NCBI GenBank assembly: GCA_031364845.1
Contig: JANLWX010000176.1
Span: 1 to 46,817 of the forward strand
Source: Candidatus Eiseniibacteriota bacterium
Lineage (GTDB): Bacteria > Eisenbacteria > RBG-16-71-46
Direction of reading: 5' to 3'
DNA length: 46,817 bases
Part shown: positions 29,877-38,949 of the stretch, in pieces
Layout: every line of letters starts with the position of its first letter
Numbering within the stretch: position 1 is the stretch's first letter
Notes under the pieces: model-generated
Databases searched by the model: none
What the model saw: the letters and a program-made list of their open reading frames with translations, nothing else
Told to the model about the DNA's origin: nothing
Program-made: the position numbers and the translations under genes

Positions 29877-30805
29877 GCGGGCCCCACGAACGCTTCGGGG
29901 AGCGACTCGAACGCGAACCACTGTCCCGGTGCCGCGCGGAGGTGTCCGATCATGGTCGCGCGCCAGCGCCCTTCCGCGCATGCCGCGGCGTCGATCGGCG
30001 GATCGAAGCTCGCAAGGTAGCGGCCGTCGGGAAGGCGTGTCATGGTCGCAGGCAGCACGATCGCACCGGTGCGCCGCGCGAGTGCGGCGGCCCAGGCGCA
30101 CAGCGATCCGCTGCTGCCGGGCGCCGGGCGATCGCCCATCATCGCGACCCACTCCTTGCGCCGCAGCGCGGCGGATGCCGAAAGCCACAGCGGCCGTCCA
30201 CCGAGGCGGCTCACGCCCCACGCGGCCCGCCGCCGGGCGAAGAACGATTCGACGCGGGCGGAAGCATGGCGGCGCGCCACCACGTGGACGCGCGGTCCGC
30301 GCGCGGCGAGGTAGGCGGCTCCCCACTCCCAGTTGCCGGCGTGCGCCGACATCACGATCACACCGCGGCCCGAATCGCGCGCGGCGAGATAGTGGTGCTC
30401 GCCCTTCACCACGATCGCGCTCTGGAGCGCGTCGCGACCCATGCGGCCGAGCGTGAGGAAGTCGGCGAACGCGAGCGCAAAGTGCTCGAACGTGTCGCGC
30501 GCCGAGTGGCGCACGGCCGCTCGATCGTAGCGATGGTCCGCGGATGAATCATTGAGGGACGCGGCACGATCGAATCGGCGCACGAGTTCGAGATTGGCTT
30601 CGAGCTGCTGCCGCGCGGGTACTCTCAATTCGAACGCGACCCGCGCGACTGCGCGCGCGATCCATTCGAGCGCCGGACGCGGAAGGATGCGTGACAGCGC
30701 ATCCGCGCTCAGGTAGGGCACGAGCGCGAGCGAGGCGAGGGCAGACGCCCGCGGGGGCGATCGCCGCACGGAATCCCTCCGTTGGGTGACGTTCCCTGGG
30801 TCCAT
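29873..30805 (-). CDS. LpxL/PatA-like lysophospholipid acyltransferase
   Basis: GRGVIVMSAHAGNWE (Hx4E), terminal P.QWF motif. Confidence 0.85.
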   Translation of the reverse strand: MDPGNVTQRRDSVRRSPPRASALASLALVPYLSADALSRILPRPALEWIARAVARVAFELRVPARQQLEANLELVRRFDRAASLNDSSADHRYDRAAVRHSARDTFEHFALAFADFLTLGRMGRDALQSAIVVKGEHHYLAARDSGRGVIVMSAHAGNWEWGAAYLAARGPRVHVVARRHASARVESFFARRRAAWGVSRLGGRPLWLSASAALRRKEWVAMMGDRPAPGSSGSLCAWAAALARRTGAIVLPATMTRLPDGRYLASFDPPIDAAACAEGRWRATMIGHLRAAPGQWFAFESLPEAFVGPA

Positions 30806-30862
30806 GAGGCTCGGGCGAAGGCCGTGGTCGCCTTAAGGCGTGCGGCGGGGGATCAAAGAGAT

Positions 30863-30939
<77 letters not shown>

Positions 30940-31010
30940 ACCTGGAGGATTAGCATTGAGGGACGACAATCTATTCCGAGCGCGCCGCGATCGCAAGTCG
31001 GCGCGGCGGA

Positions 31011-31412
31011 TCAGCGGAGCCGGACCAACAAGGCCCGCAACTCACTCTTGATTTCGTGGAGCACGATGCGGGTCATGGGTTCCATGCGCGAGACCGCCGG
31101 CGCGGGCTCACGCGGCGCGGGAGCGGTGAAACCGAGATCCGGCGGCGGGGCGGCCTTGCGGTCCTCGAGTAGACGCTTTTTGGCGCCTTCGATTGTGAAG
31201 CGGCGCGCATAGAGGAGATCCTTGATGCGCATCAGCAGTTGCACTTCCTCGGGCCGGTACATGCGGTTGCCGGCCCGGTTCTTTCGCGGACGCAGCATGC
31301 TGAACTGCGTTTCCCAGTAGCGCAGCACGTGCGGCTTCACGCCGACCATCTCGCTCACTTCACTGATCGAGCGGTAGAGCCGGAAGTCCGGATCCGTCTT
31401 GAGTGCCGTCAT
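31011..31412 (-). CDS. MerR family transcriptional regulator
   Basis: YRSISEVSEMVGVKPHVLRYWETQF..LRPRKNRAGNRMY; the type usually found next to ihfA and tRNA-Pro(GGG). Confidence 0.93.
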   Translation of the reverse strand: MTALKTDPDFRLYRSISEVSEMVGVKPHVLRYWETQFSMLRPRKNRAGNRMYRPEEVQLLMRIKDLLYARRFTIEGAKKRLLEDRKAAPPPDLGFTAPAPREPAPAVSRMEPMTRIVLHEIKSELRALLVRLR

Positions 31413-31454
31413 CCGCCATCTCCTTCCGTGCCGCTCCTGGCGGCGCCACGTCTT

Positions 31455-32444
31455 TCAATCTTCGCGTTTCAGATCGCGGGTCATCAACGCCTGCAGTGCC
31501 TCGCGCGGCGAGCGCTGCTCGAACAGCATCGCGCACACCTGTTCGGTGATCGGAAGTTCCACATCGTGTTCGCGGCCGAGATCGCGAGCGGCACGCGCCG
31601 TGTGCACGCCCTCGGCCACCATCACCATCGCTCCCAGCACCTGCTCGATCGTCTCGCCGTGCCCGAGCCGCTCACCCACCCAGCGGTTGCGACTGTGCCG
31701 GCTCATTGCGGTCGCGATCAGATCGCCCATTCCCGCGAGACCGAAAAACGTCTCCCGCTTTCCACCGAGCGCCACGCCGAGCCGCGAGATCTCTGCGAGT
31801 CCCCGGGTCAGCAATGCACCCTTCGTATTGTCCCCGAATCCGATTCCATCACAGACGCCGGCCGCGATGGCGATCACGTTCTTGAGCGCCGCGCCGATCT
31901 CGCATCCGGCGACATCGGTGTTGGTGTAGACCCGCAGCCGCGCGGTGGAACACAACTCCTGCACCGCCTCCGCCCGCGCCGCGCTGGTGGACGCTGCGAC
32001 CACCGACGTCGGAATCCCCTTGCTCACCTCTTCCGCATGGCTCGGCCCGGTCAGCACCACCGGCTCGGGATCTCCGAGATCTCCGATCAGGATTTCACTC
32101 ATGCGGCGCAGGCTGCCCTGTTCGAGTCCCTTCGAAGCGCACACCGGAATGCCCGATGCACCGGCATCACGAACCCGCCGCGCCACTTCACCCATCACTT
32201 GAGAGGGCACCACGAACAGCGTGAATGCAGCCCCCGAAAGTGCCGACTTGAGTTCCGGGCGAACTTTAACGCGATCCGGCAGCGCGATGCCAGGTAAAAA
32301 CTTCCGATTCTCGCGGTCGCCTTCGAGTGCGGCGAGTTCCGCCGCATCGTGTCCCCACAAGCGAACCTCGTGCCCGGCGGTGGCCAGGTGCACCGCGAGC
32401 GTGGTTCCCCACGACCCCGGACCCAGAACGCAGACCGTGCTCAT
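31455..32444 (-). CDS. gpsA: NAD(P)H-dependent glycerol-3-phosphate dehydrogenase
   Basis: VLGPGSWGTTLA, SKGLE, GPSHAEEV, LKNVIAIAAG, GLAGMGDLIAT...SRN. Confidence 0.96.
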   Translation of the reverse strand: MSTVCVLGPGSWGTTLAVHLATAGHEVRLWGHDAAELAALEGDRENRKFLPGIALPDRVKVRPELKSALSGAAFTLFVVPSQVMGEVARRVRDAGASGIPVCASKGLEQGSLRRMSEILIGDLGDPEPVVLTGPSHAEEVSKGIPTSVVAASTSAARAEAVQELCSTARLRVYTNTDVAGCEIGAALKNVIAIAAGVCDGIGFGDNTKGALLTRGLAEISRLGVALGGKRETFFGLAGMGDLIATAMSRHSRNRWVGERLGHGETIEQVLGAMVMVAEGVHTARAARDLGREHDVELPITEQVCAMLFEQRSPREALQALMTRDLKRED

Positions 32445-32472
32445 CGAACCTCCGATGACGTCGTGGGGCGCC

Positions 32473-33111
32473 TCATGCCGGGTGCGATCCGCGCCACGAG
32501 ATCCGGCGCTCCTCGCCCCGCGCGAGACGGCGCAGGTTCTCGTGATGGCGGGCGATGATGAGCAGCGCGACCGCCACGGCGAATCCGATCTGGAGCCCCG
32601 CATGAGGTCCGCGCGCCGTGAGCGCCACGACGGTGGCGAACGCGAGCGCTCCGAGGATCGAGCCGAGCGAGATGTAGCGGCTGAGTGCAACCGTCAGCGT
32701 GAACGTCGATCCCGCGATCAGCCACGCGAGCGGAAACAGCGCGAGCACCACGCCGGCCGTGGTCGCCACGCCCTTGCCACCCCGAAATCCGGCGAGGAAC
32801 GTGAACATGTGACCCAGCACCGCGGCGAGCGCGGTGACGATCCCGAGGGCCTCGGGCCCTGCGGGAAACGTCGCGGCTGCGTCGGAGCGCATCACGAACA
32901 TGACGGGCAGCGTTCCCTTGAGCATGTCGAGCACCATCGTCGCGATGCCGAGTCCGGGACCCAGCTCGCGGAACACGTTCGTCGCGCCGAGATTTCCGGA
33001 TCCGAGCGTGCGCACGTCGACGCCGCGAAACCATCGTCCGAGCCACAGTCCGAACGGCAGCGACCCGCACACGTAGCCGATTCCAACCGCGACGAGCACC
33101 GTTGCGATCAC
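32473..33111 (-). CDS. plsY: Glycerol-3-phosphate acyltransferase PlsY
   Basis: GSLPFG, DVR..GSGNLGATNVFR, DMLKG, GH...F..FRGGKGVAT, RHHENL.RL..GEE. Confidence 0.96.
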   Translation of the reverse strand: MIATVLVAVGIGYVCGSLPFGLWLGRWFRGVDVRTLGSGNLGATNVFRELGPGLGIATMVLDMLKGTLPVMFVMRSDAAATFPAGPEALGIVTALAAVLGHMFTFLAGFRGGKGVATTAGVVLALFPLAWLIAGSTFTLTVALSRYISLGSILGALAFATVVALTARGPHAGLQIGFAVAVALLIIARHHENLRRLARGEERRISWRGSHPA

Positions 33112-33161
33112 GCGTTCCCTCCCACGACCCGCGACGTCATGCGCCGCGCGGCGCGGCGGAG

Positions 33162-34472
33162 TCAGTCGCTCTTGCGGACCTTAAGCCGAACCGGCGTGCC
33201 GTGAAAGTCGAAGGTGTCGGTGAAGTCGAGCCACAGGAACCGGCGATAGCTCTCGGACAACCGGTCGGGTGCGTTGGCGAACAGCGTGAGTTCGGGCGGG
33301 CACGACCCGGATTGCGTCACGTAGTAGAGTTTCGGCACGCGCCCGACGCGCGACGAAGGCACGGCACGGCGGCGCTGAACATCCTGCAGCCAGCGGTTGA
33401 GCTCGGAGGTCGGGATCTTGCGCGCGTGCTCCGTGACGCGCTTGGCGATGGTCGCAGGAAGCCGCGACATGTGCAGTCCCTCGGTTGCCGACAACGGCAT
33501 CGACGGCAGATCGCCGAGCGTCGGATAGCGGCGCGTGCGGAACTCGATCACGTCCTTCCAACCTTGCTCGCGGTTCTCGATCAGGTCCCACTTGTTGTAG
33601 ATCACGAGCACCGAGCATCCGGCGTCGAGCGCGTTGTGCGCGAGGCGCGCCTCCTGCGCGTGGAATCCCTCATTGACGTCCACCACCAGGCACGCGACAT
33701 CGGCGCGTTCCATCGCATGCAGCGCGCGAACGATCGCGTAGAACTCACTCGGATCGCCGAACTTGGCCTGGCGCCGGATCCCTGCGGTGTCGACCAGCAC
33801 GAACGTGCCGGCCGCGGTCTTCCATTCGCTGTCCACCGGATCGAGCGTGGTGCCGGCAGTGGGCTCGACGATCATCCGTTCCTCGCGCAGCAACGCGTTC
33901 ACGATCGACGACTTGCCGACGTTGGGGCGTCCGATGATGGCGATGCGCGGGTGCTTGGGACCTTCGTCCCCGCGGTCCTCGGGAACGTTGCGCAGCATCT
34001 CGTCCAGCAGATCGCCGATGCCGAAACCGTTCTCGGCCGAGATCGGCAGCGGCATGCCGAGTCCGAGCCGATGGAAGTCGTGGACCAGCGGGTCGCCGGG
34101 CTTGTCGACTTTGTTCACCAGGACCAGTGTCTTCTGCCCGCGCCGGCGCAGGGCATGCGCGATCGCGCCGTCGAGGTCGGTGGCTCCGGTCTGACCGTCC
34201 ACCATGAACAACACGAGGTCCGCCACGCCGATCGCGGCCTCCGCCTGCTTGCGGACCAGCGCATCGCGGCCCTCGGCGGCGGTCGGCAGGAACCCGCCGG
34301 TGTCGACCAGCACGAACGATCTGCCCGCCCACTCGGCGCGGACGGCATTGCGGTCGCGGGTGATGCCGGGACGATCGTGCACGACGGCCCGGCGTTCGCC
34401 GAGCACGCGATTGAAGAACGTCGACTTGCCGACGTTGGGACGCCCGATGATGGCGACGACGGGTGCGGGCAC
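33162..34472 (-). CDS. der: Ribosome biogenesis GTPase Der (EngA)
   Basis: Two GRPNVGKS G-domains, DTGG/DTAG, NKVD/NKWD. GTG start with SD GGAG. Confidence 0.97.
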   Translation of the reverse strand: MPAPVVAIIGRPNVGKSTFFNRVLGERRAVVHDRPGITRDRNAVRAEWAGRSFVLVDTGGFLPTAAEGRDALVRKQAEAAIGVADLVLFMVDGQTGATDLDGAIAHALRRRGQKTLVLVNKVDKPGDPLVHDFHRLGLGMPLPISAENGFGIGDLLDEMLRNVPEDRGDEGPKHPRIAIIGRPNVGKSSIVNALLREERMIVEPTAGTTLDPVDSEWKTAAGTFVLVDTAGIRRQAKFGDPSEFYAIVRALHAMERADVACLVVDVNEGFHAQEARLAHNALDAGCSVLVIYNKWDLIENREQGWKDVIEFRTRRYPTLGDLPSMPLSATEGLHMSRLPATIAKRVTEHARKIPTSELNRWLQDVQRRRAVPSSRVGRVPKLYYVTQSGSCPPELTLFANAPDRLSESYRRFLWLDFTDTFDFHGTPVRLKVRKSD

Positions 34473-34535
34473 TAGTGCTCCGTAAATCGACGCGCCGGCA
34501 GACGCAGATCGCGACGCCGGCGCGGAACGAGACAT

Positions 34536-34611
34536 TGGAGCGGGCAACGGGGGTCGAACCCGCGACCTCAAGCTTGGGAAGCTCGCGCTCTACCAACTGA
34601 GCTATGCCCGC
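34536..34611 (-). tRNA. tRNA-Gly (CCC)
   Basis: GCGGGCATAGCTCAGTTGGTAGAGCG-CGAGC TT CCC AA GCTTG-AGGTCGCGGGTTCGACCCCCGTTGCCCGCTCCA; 76 nt. Confidence 0.97.
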
Positions 34612-34660
34612 GTGGACTGCTGAAGATGACCCGCAAAACTAGTCACGAACCCCGTGCCTG

Positions 34661-35581
34661 TCAATGAGGTCGGGCTACGGTGAGCGCGCGTTCCCGCAGC
34701 TCCGCCGGTGGAAGTGACGCGTCGATACGGACCGCCTCGATCTGATGGCGGAACCAGGTGCGCTGCCGCTTGGCAAGCTGGCGGGTGCGCCGGTTCGTCT
34801 CCGCTTCGGCCGTCTCGCGATCGATCCGGCCTTCGATTCGCGCGAGAGCCTCGTCGTAGCCCACCGCGCGCAGCGACCGCAACGCCGCCGAGTGTCCGAG
34901 GTCGACGATGGCGTGCGTCTCCGCTTCAAGCCCCTGCTCGAACATCGCGTGCGTGCGGGCGGCGATGCGATCGGCGAGCGCTTCGAAATCGAGCGTCGTC
35001 TCGATCACACTCCAGCTCGCGGCAAGCGGCTCGCCCGGGCGTTCGCGATGCCACCACGACAGCGGTTTGCCGCTCGCGAGCCACACCTCGAGTGCGCGCG
35101 TGATGCGCTGCGTGTCTTCAGGAAAGAGCCGGGCCGCGGTTTCGGGATCGGCCTCGGCAAGCCGGCGGTGCAGTGCCGACGCTCCCAGCACGCGCGCCTC
35201 CTCCGCCAGAGCCGCGCGCTGGGCGGCATCGTGCGGCGGCTCGGCCGCGATGCCGCGCTGGAGCGAGCGGACGTAGAGACCGGAACCTCCTACCAGCACC
35301 GGCACGCGGCCGCGCGCGGTGATCGCCTCGCACACGCCGCGTGCCGCAGCCGCCCACGTACCTGCACTCGCGCGGTCACCCAGCGTGAGCAAGTCGAACA
35401 AATGATGGGGCGTCGCGGCGCGCTCCGAGGGCGACGGTTTCCCGGTTCCGATCTCGAGCTCGCGGAACACCTGTCGCGAGTCGGCGCAAACCACTTCGCC
35501 GCCGATCGCTTCGGCGACGGCCTCTCCGAGCGCGGTCTTGCCGGTCGCCGTGGCTCCGACGATCGCGACCACACGCATCAT
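34661..35581 (-). CDS. miaA: tRNA dimethylallyltransferase
   Basis: IVGATATGKT, ADSRQVFR.LEIGTGKP, VGGSGLY, RITRALEV, TRQLAKRQRTWFR; directly downstream of mutL. Confidence 0.96.
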   Translation of the reverse strand: MMRVVAIVGATATGKTALGEAVAEAIGGEVVCADSRQVFRELEIGTGKPSPSERAATPHHLFDLLTLGDRASAGTWAAAARGVCEAITARGRVPVLVGGSGLYVRSLQRGIAAEPPHDAAQRAALAEEARVLGASALHRRLAEADPETAARLFPEDTQRITRALEVWLASGKPLSWWHRERPGEPLAASWSVIETTLDFEALADRIAARTHAMFEQGLEAETHAIVDLGHSAALRSLRAVGYDEALARIEGRIDRETAEAETNRRTRQLAKRQRTWFRHQIEAVRIDASLPPAELRERALTVARPH

Positions 35582-35600
35582 CGTCGCGCCACGAGCGGTC

Positions 35601-37364
35601 TCAGGTGCGGCCGAAGCGGCGGTGGAGCTCGTCGAGATCGAGCCGCACGAACGTCACACGGCCATGCGGATCGCCATGCGGTCGTGACGTCGCGAACAGC
35701 CGGTCGACGAGCCCGCGCATTTCGGCCTGCGACAGCGTGTCGCCGGCTTTCACTGCCGCGTGACAGGCATAGGAGCGCGCCAGATGTTCCGCCACGTCCT
35801 CCTGTGGGGTTCGCGACGAATCCTCGGACACGCCATCGAGGATGTCCTGTAAGAAGGTGCCGGGATCCTCGCGCTTCACGTCGGCCGGCATGCCGTGGAT
35901 CACCACCGTGGGCGGTCCGAGCAGCGAGAGGTTCCAGCCGAGCTGCTGGAGCCAGGGGCCGAGTTCCATCACGAGATCGAATTGACTGCGCGTGAGATCG
36001 ACGAGCGCGGGGAATAGCAATTGCTGCGACGTTCCGCGCGCGCCTTCGAGCCGCGCGCGCGCGGCCTCGTACAGGATGCGTTCGTGCGCGGCGTGCTGGT
36101 CGATGATCACGAGACCGCCGCGCACCGGTGCGAGGATGTACGTGCGGTGCAACTGCCACAGTTCCCGCTCGTAGTCCGCGTCGGGCACGGCGGCGATCAC
36201 CGAGCGCGGTGAATTCTCGACTGCGTGACCGTTCGCAGGGAGGGACGAGTCCGCCGCGGTCGTGTTGCGGGCCGGCGGATCGAATCCGAGCGAACCCTGC
36301 GGCTCGATCTCGCGCACCTGCTCCGCCCAGCGGGGTTCGGCGCTCCCGCCATGGACCACCGTAAACGGCGGATGGAGACCCGCGAGCGGCTGCGCGCATA
36401 CGCCCGCGATCAGCGAGAACACCGCGCGGTCGTCGGCGAATCGCACCTCACGCTTGGTCGGGTGGACGTTCACATCGAGGCGGTCGGCGGGCACGGTGAT
36501 CCACAGCGTGGCCGCGGGGAAACGTCCACCCGGAAGCAGGTTGCCGTAGGCCTGGCGCAGTGCCTGTCCGAGCATCGGACTCTGAACCCAGCGCCGGTTG
36601 ATCAGGAACACCTGGCCCTCGCGCGTCGCACGCGCGTGCTCCGGGAGTCCGAGCAGTGCTTCGAGCACGAGACCGTCGCGCTCGCCGCGCGCTTCGATCA
36701 ACTGCTCGGCGTGGCGCGCTCCCCAGATCGAAGCCGCGCGATCCCTGCGCGTCGCGGCCGCGGGCCAGTCGATCCGTTCGCGACCGTCGACGACGAAGCG
36801 GAACGCGACCTCCGGGAACGCAAGCGCGTAGCATTCCACCATCCGCAACGCGGAACGCAGCTCGCCCGCCGGAGCGTTCAGGAACTTGCGCCGCGCCGGC
36901 GTGTTGAAGAACAGGTCGCGCACTTCGATCGTGGTGCCAGAAGCGCGGGCAGACGCACCGCGCTCGGTCGCCGTGCCGCCTTCCACCGCCACGAACGAGG
37001 CGCCTTCGGCGCCGGCGGCGCGGCTCGTGATCCGCAGCCGGCTCACCGCCGCAATGCTCGGCAACGCTTCGCCGCGGAAGCCGAGCGAGGCGAGCCGGTC
37101 GAGATCCTCGAGGCCATCGATCTTGCTGGTCGCATGCCGCTCGAGCGCCAGCTCGAGCTCCGCTGCCGCGATGCCTTCTCCGTCGTCCGCGACCTGGAAT
37201 GCCTGATCGAGAGAGCGTTCGACCCGGATCTCGATCGCGCGCGATCCGGCATCGAGCGCGTTCTCGACGATCTCTTTGAGTGCGGACAACGGCCGCTCGA
37301 TGACTTCGCCCGCGGCGATGCGCGAGGCGGTCTCGGGCGCAAGCCTGCGAATCGGACGGGACAC
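35601..37364 (-). CDS. mutL: DNA mismatch repair protein MutL
   Basis: IAAGEVIERP..KE.VENALDAG, RHATSKI, SLGFRGEALPSI, DVNVHPTKREVRF, DQHAAHERILYE. Confidence 0.97.
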   Translation of the reverse strand: MSRPIRRLAPETASRIAAGEVIERPLSALKEIVENALDAGSRAIEIRVERSLDQAFQVADDGEGIAAAELELALERHATSKIDGLEDLDRLASLGFRGEALPSIAAVSRLRITSRAAGAEGASFVAVEGGTATERGASARASGTTIEVRDLFFNTPARRKFLNAPAGELRSALRMVECYALAFPEVAFRFVVDGRERIDWPAAATRRDRAASIWGARHAEQLIEARGERDGLVLEALLGLPEHARATREGQVFLINRRWVQSPMLGQALRQAYGNLLPGGRFPAATLWITVPADRLDVNVHPTKREVRFADDRAVFSLIAGVCAQPLAGLHPPFTVVHGGSAEPRWAEQVREIEPQGSLGFDPPARNTTAADSSLPANGHAVENSPRSVIAAVPDADYERELWQLHRTYILAPVRGGLVIIDQHAAHERILYEAARARLEGARGTSQQLLFPALVDLTRSQFDLVMELGPWLQQLGWNLSLLGPPTVVIHGMPADVKREDPGTFLQDILDGVSEDSSRTPQEDVAEHLARSYACHAAVKAGDTLSQAEMRGLVDRLFATSRPHGDPHGRVTFVRLDLDELHRRFGRT

Positions 37365-37502
37365 CGGGCCTCCTCGAGTGGGGCCGGTACCTTTACACGA
37401 GCGTTCGAAGCGAGGTCAACTGATGACGGGCAGGGAGCGACCCGGCGCCGGGAATTATCCGCCGCACCAAGCGCAGCGTTGCGTTCGCGCGACGGGCAGA
37501 GC

Positions 37503-38774
37503 TCAGCGGATCGCGAGCCAGCCCGAGGTCGCGGCGAGGAACGCGTCGGCGTCTATGTCCGAAACCAGCTCGACGCGTTCGTCGGCGATCGGTGCCGCAG
37601 GAACCCCGGACTCCGCGCAGCACGCGGACCACAGTTCTTCGATGCGCCGCAGGACATGCGGGAAGTCCGCAGCCGGCCCCGCGCACAGCACCAGCACCAC
37701 GCCCGGTGACGGCAGGCACAGGCAATCGGCGGCGCGCAGGTGATCCGGCAATCGCTGGCACAACACTTCGACCGTCCCCGGCCCCGAGGAGAAGTGCAAC
37801 CGATGGAGCGCGAGGCGCCCGCGTTTGCGGCGGTGGCGATCGACCGCAAAGCGCACACGGCTTCGGAACTCGGACGGTGTGAGCCAGTGATTGCGGAACC
37901 GATGCTCCGCCGCTCCTCCGCCCTGCTCGTCGCGTGCCCACACATACTGGAGTTCGAACGCGGTGCGCTCCCACGCGTCGGCCGACTCGCTGCCTTCGAG
38001 CCCCGCGCCCGCCAACACCGCGCGGTGATCGCGCGTGCGGAACGGCCACGCTCCCCAGATGCGACCTGGAGTTCCGTTGAGTCGCGAAACCACCTGAGGC
38101 GAGTCGAGTTTGAGCGCGAGCTCACCGAGCGCGCGCAGCAACGGATCGTCGCCGCCGGATACGGCGACGTCCGCCAACGCATCGCGGTCACGCACCATCA
38201 GCGCGGCGGCGAACGCACCGGTTCGCGCCGAGAGCCGCGCCAGCATCCGTTCGAGTCCCACCCGATCGGTCGAGCCCGGCATCGGCTCGATCTCGGCGAG
38301 CCAGGCGGCCGGAGCCGGGACCAGTGCGGGCGTGGTGACCAGATTCGGGATTGCGCGGTCGAGCATCTCCGCCAGATCCGAAGGCACCTCGTCGTCCGCA
38401 ACCTCGGCCGTGGCCGGATCGACGCGGCGCTCGAATCCCCGCAGGGTGCCGAGGAACGACTGCGGCGTGATCATCGGAGTGCCGAGCGCGTTCATCAGGT
38501 GCTCGAGGTCGGCACGGCGCGGGCTCCTCTCGCCGACCAGCGCGACATCGAACAGTTCGCGCGTCAGGTCCGCGAGTTCGAGCGTGCGCGGCACGCCGCA
38601 CAGCTCGGCCACGCGCACGCCGGGATCGTCGGCCTGCACACCGGCCATGAGCCGCACGCTGATGCCGGGATGTCGCAACAGCTCCGGCAGCAGGTCGGCA
38701 TCACTCCAGTCGAAATCGGCGAGCACCACACGGCGCAGCGCGATCTCGCGATTGACGGGATTCACCATGGCCAT
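37503..38774 (-). CDS. Hypothetical protein: degenerate Rossmann-like N-terminus, possible GAF-like middle, degenerate GGDEF-like C-terminus
   Basis: Co-oriented long ORF between the PPIase and mutL; domain guesses are from pattern resemblance only. Confidence 0.6.
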   Translation of the reverse strand: MAMVNPVNREIALRRVVLADFDWSDADLLPELLRHPGISVRLMAGVQADDPGVRVAELCGVPRTLELADLTRELFDVALVGERSPRRADLEHLMNALGTPMITPQSFLGTLRGFERRVDPATAEVADDEVPSDLAEMLDRAIPNLVTTPALVPAPAAWLAEIEPMPGSTDRVGLERMLARLSARTGAFAAALMVRDRDALADVAVSGGDDPLLRALGELALKLDSPQVVSRLNGTPGRIWGAWPFRTRDHRAVLAGAGLEGSESADAWERTAFELQYVWARDEQGGGAAEHRFRNHWLTPSEFRSRVRFAVDRHRRKRGRLALHRLHFSSGPGTVEVLCQRLPDHLRAADCLCLPSPGVVLVLCAGPAADFPHVLRRIEELWSACCAESGVPAAPIADERVELVSDIDADAFLAATSGWLAIR

Positions 38775-38949
38775 CGCTGATCGAGTCCCCTTCCCGCGCT
38801 CATGCACAGCACGGACCGTACCAGCGGAGCGCTGCGACCCCGGTGCCGAGAATTCTGCGGCAACGACCCCGAACCGCGCATGACCGGCATGCACTCTGCA
38901 GGAGTGCTCCCACCCCGCCGCTCAAATCGCACGGGAGTGCGGCCTTCGA

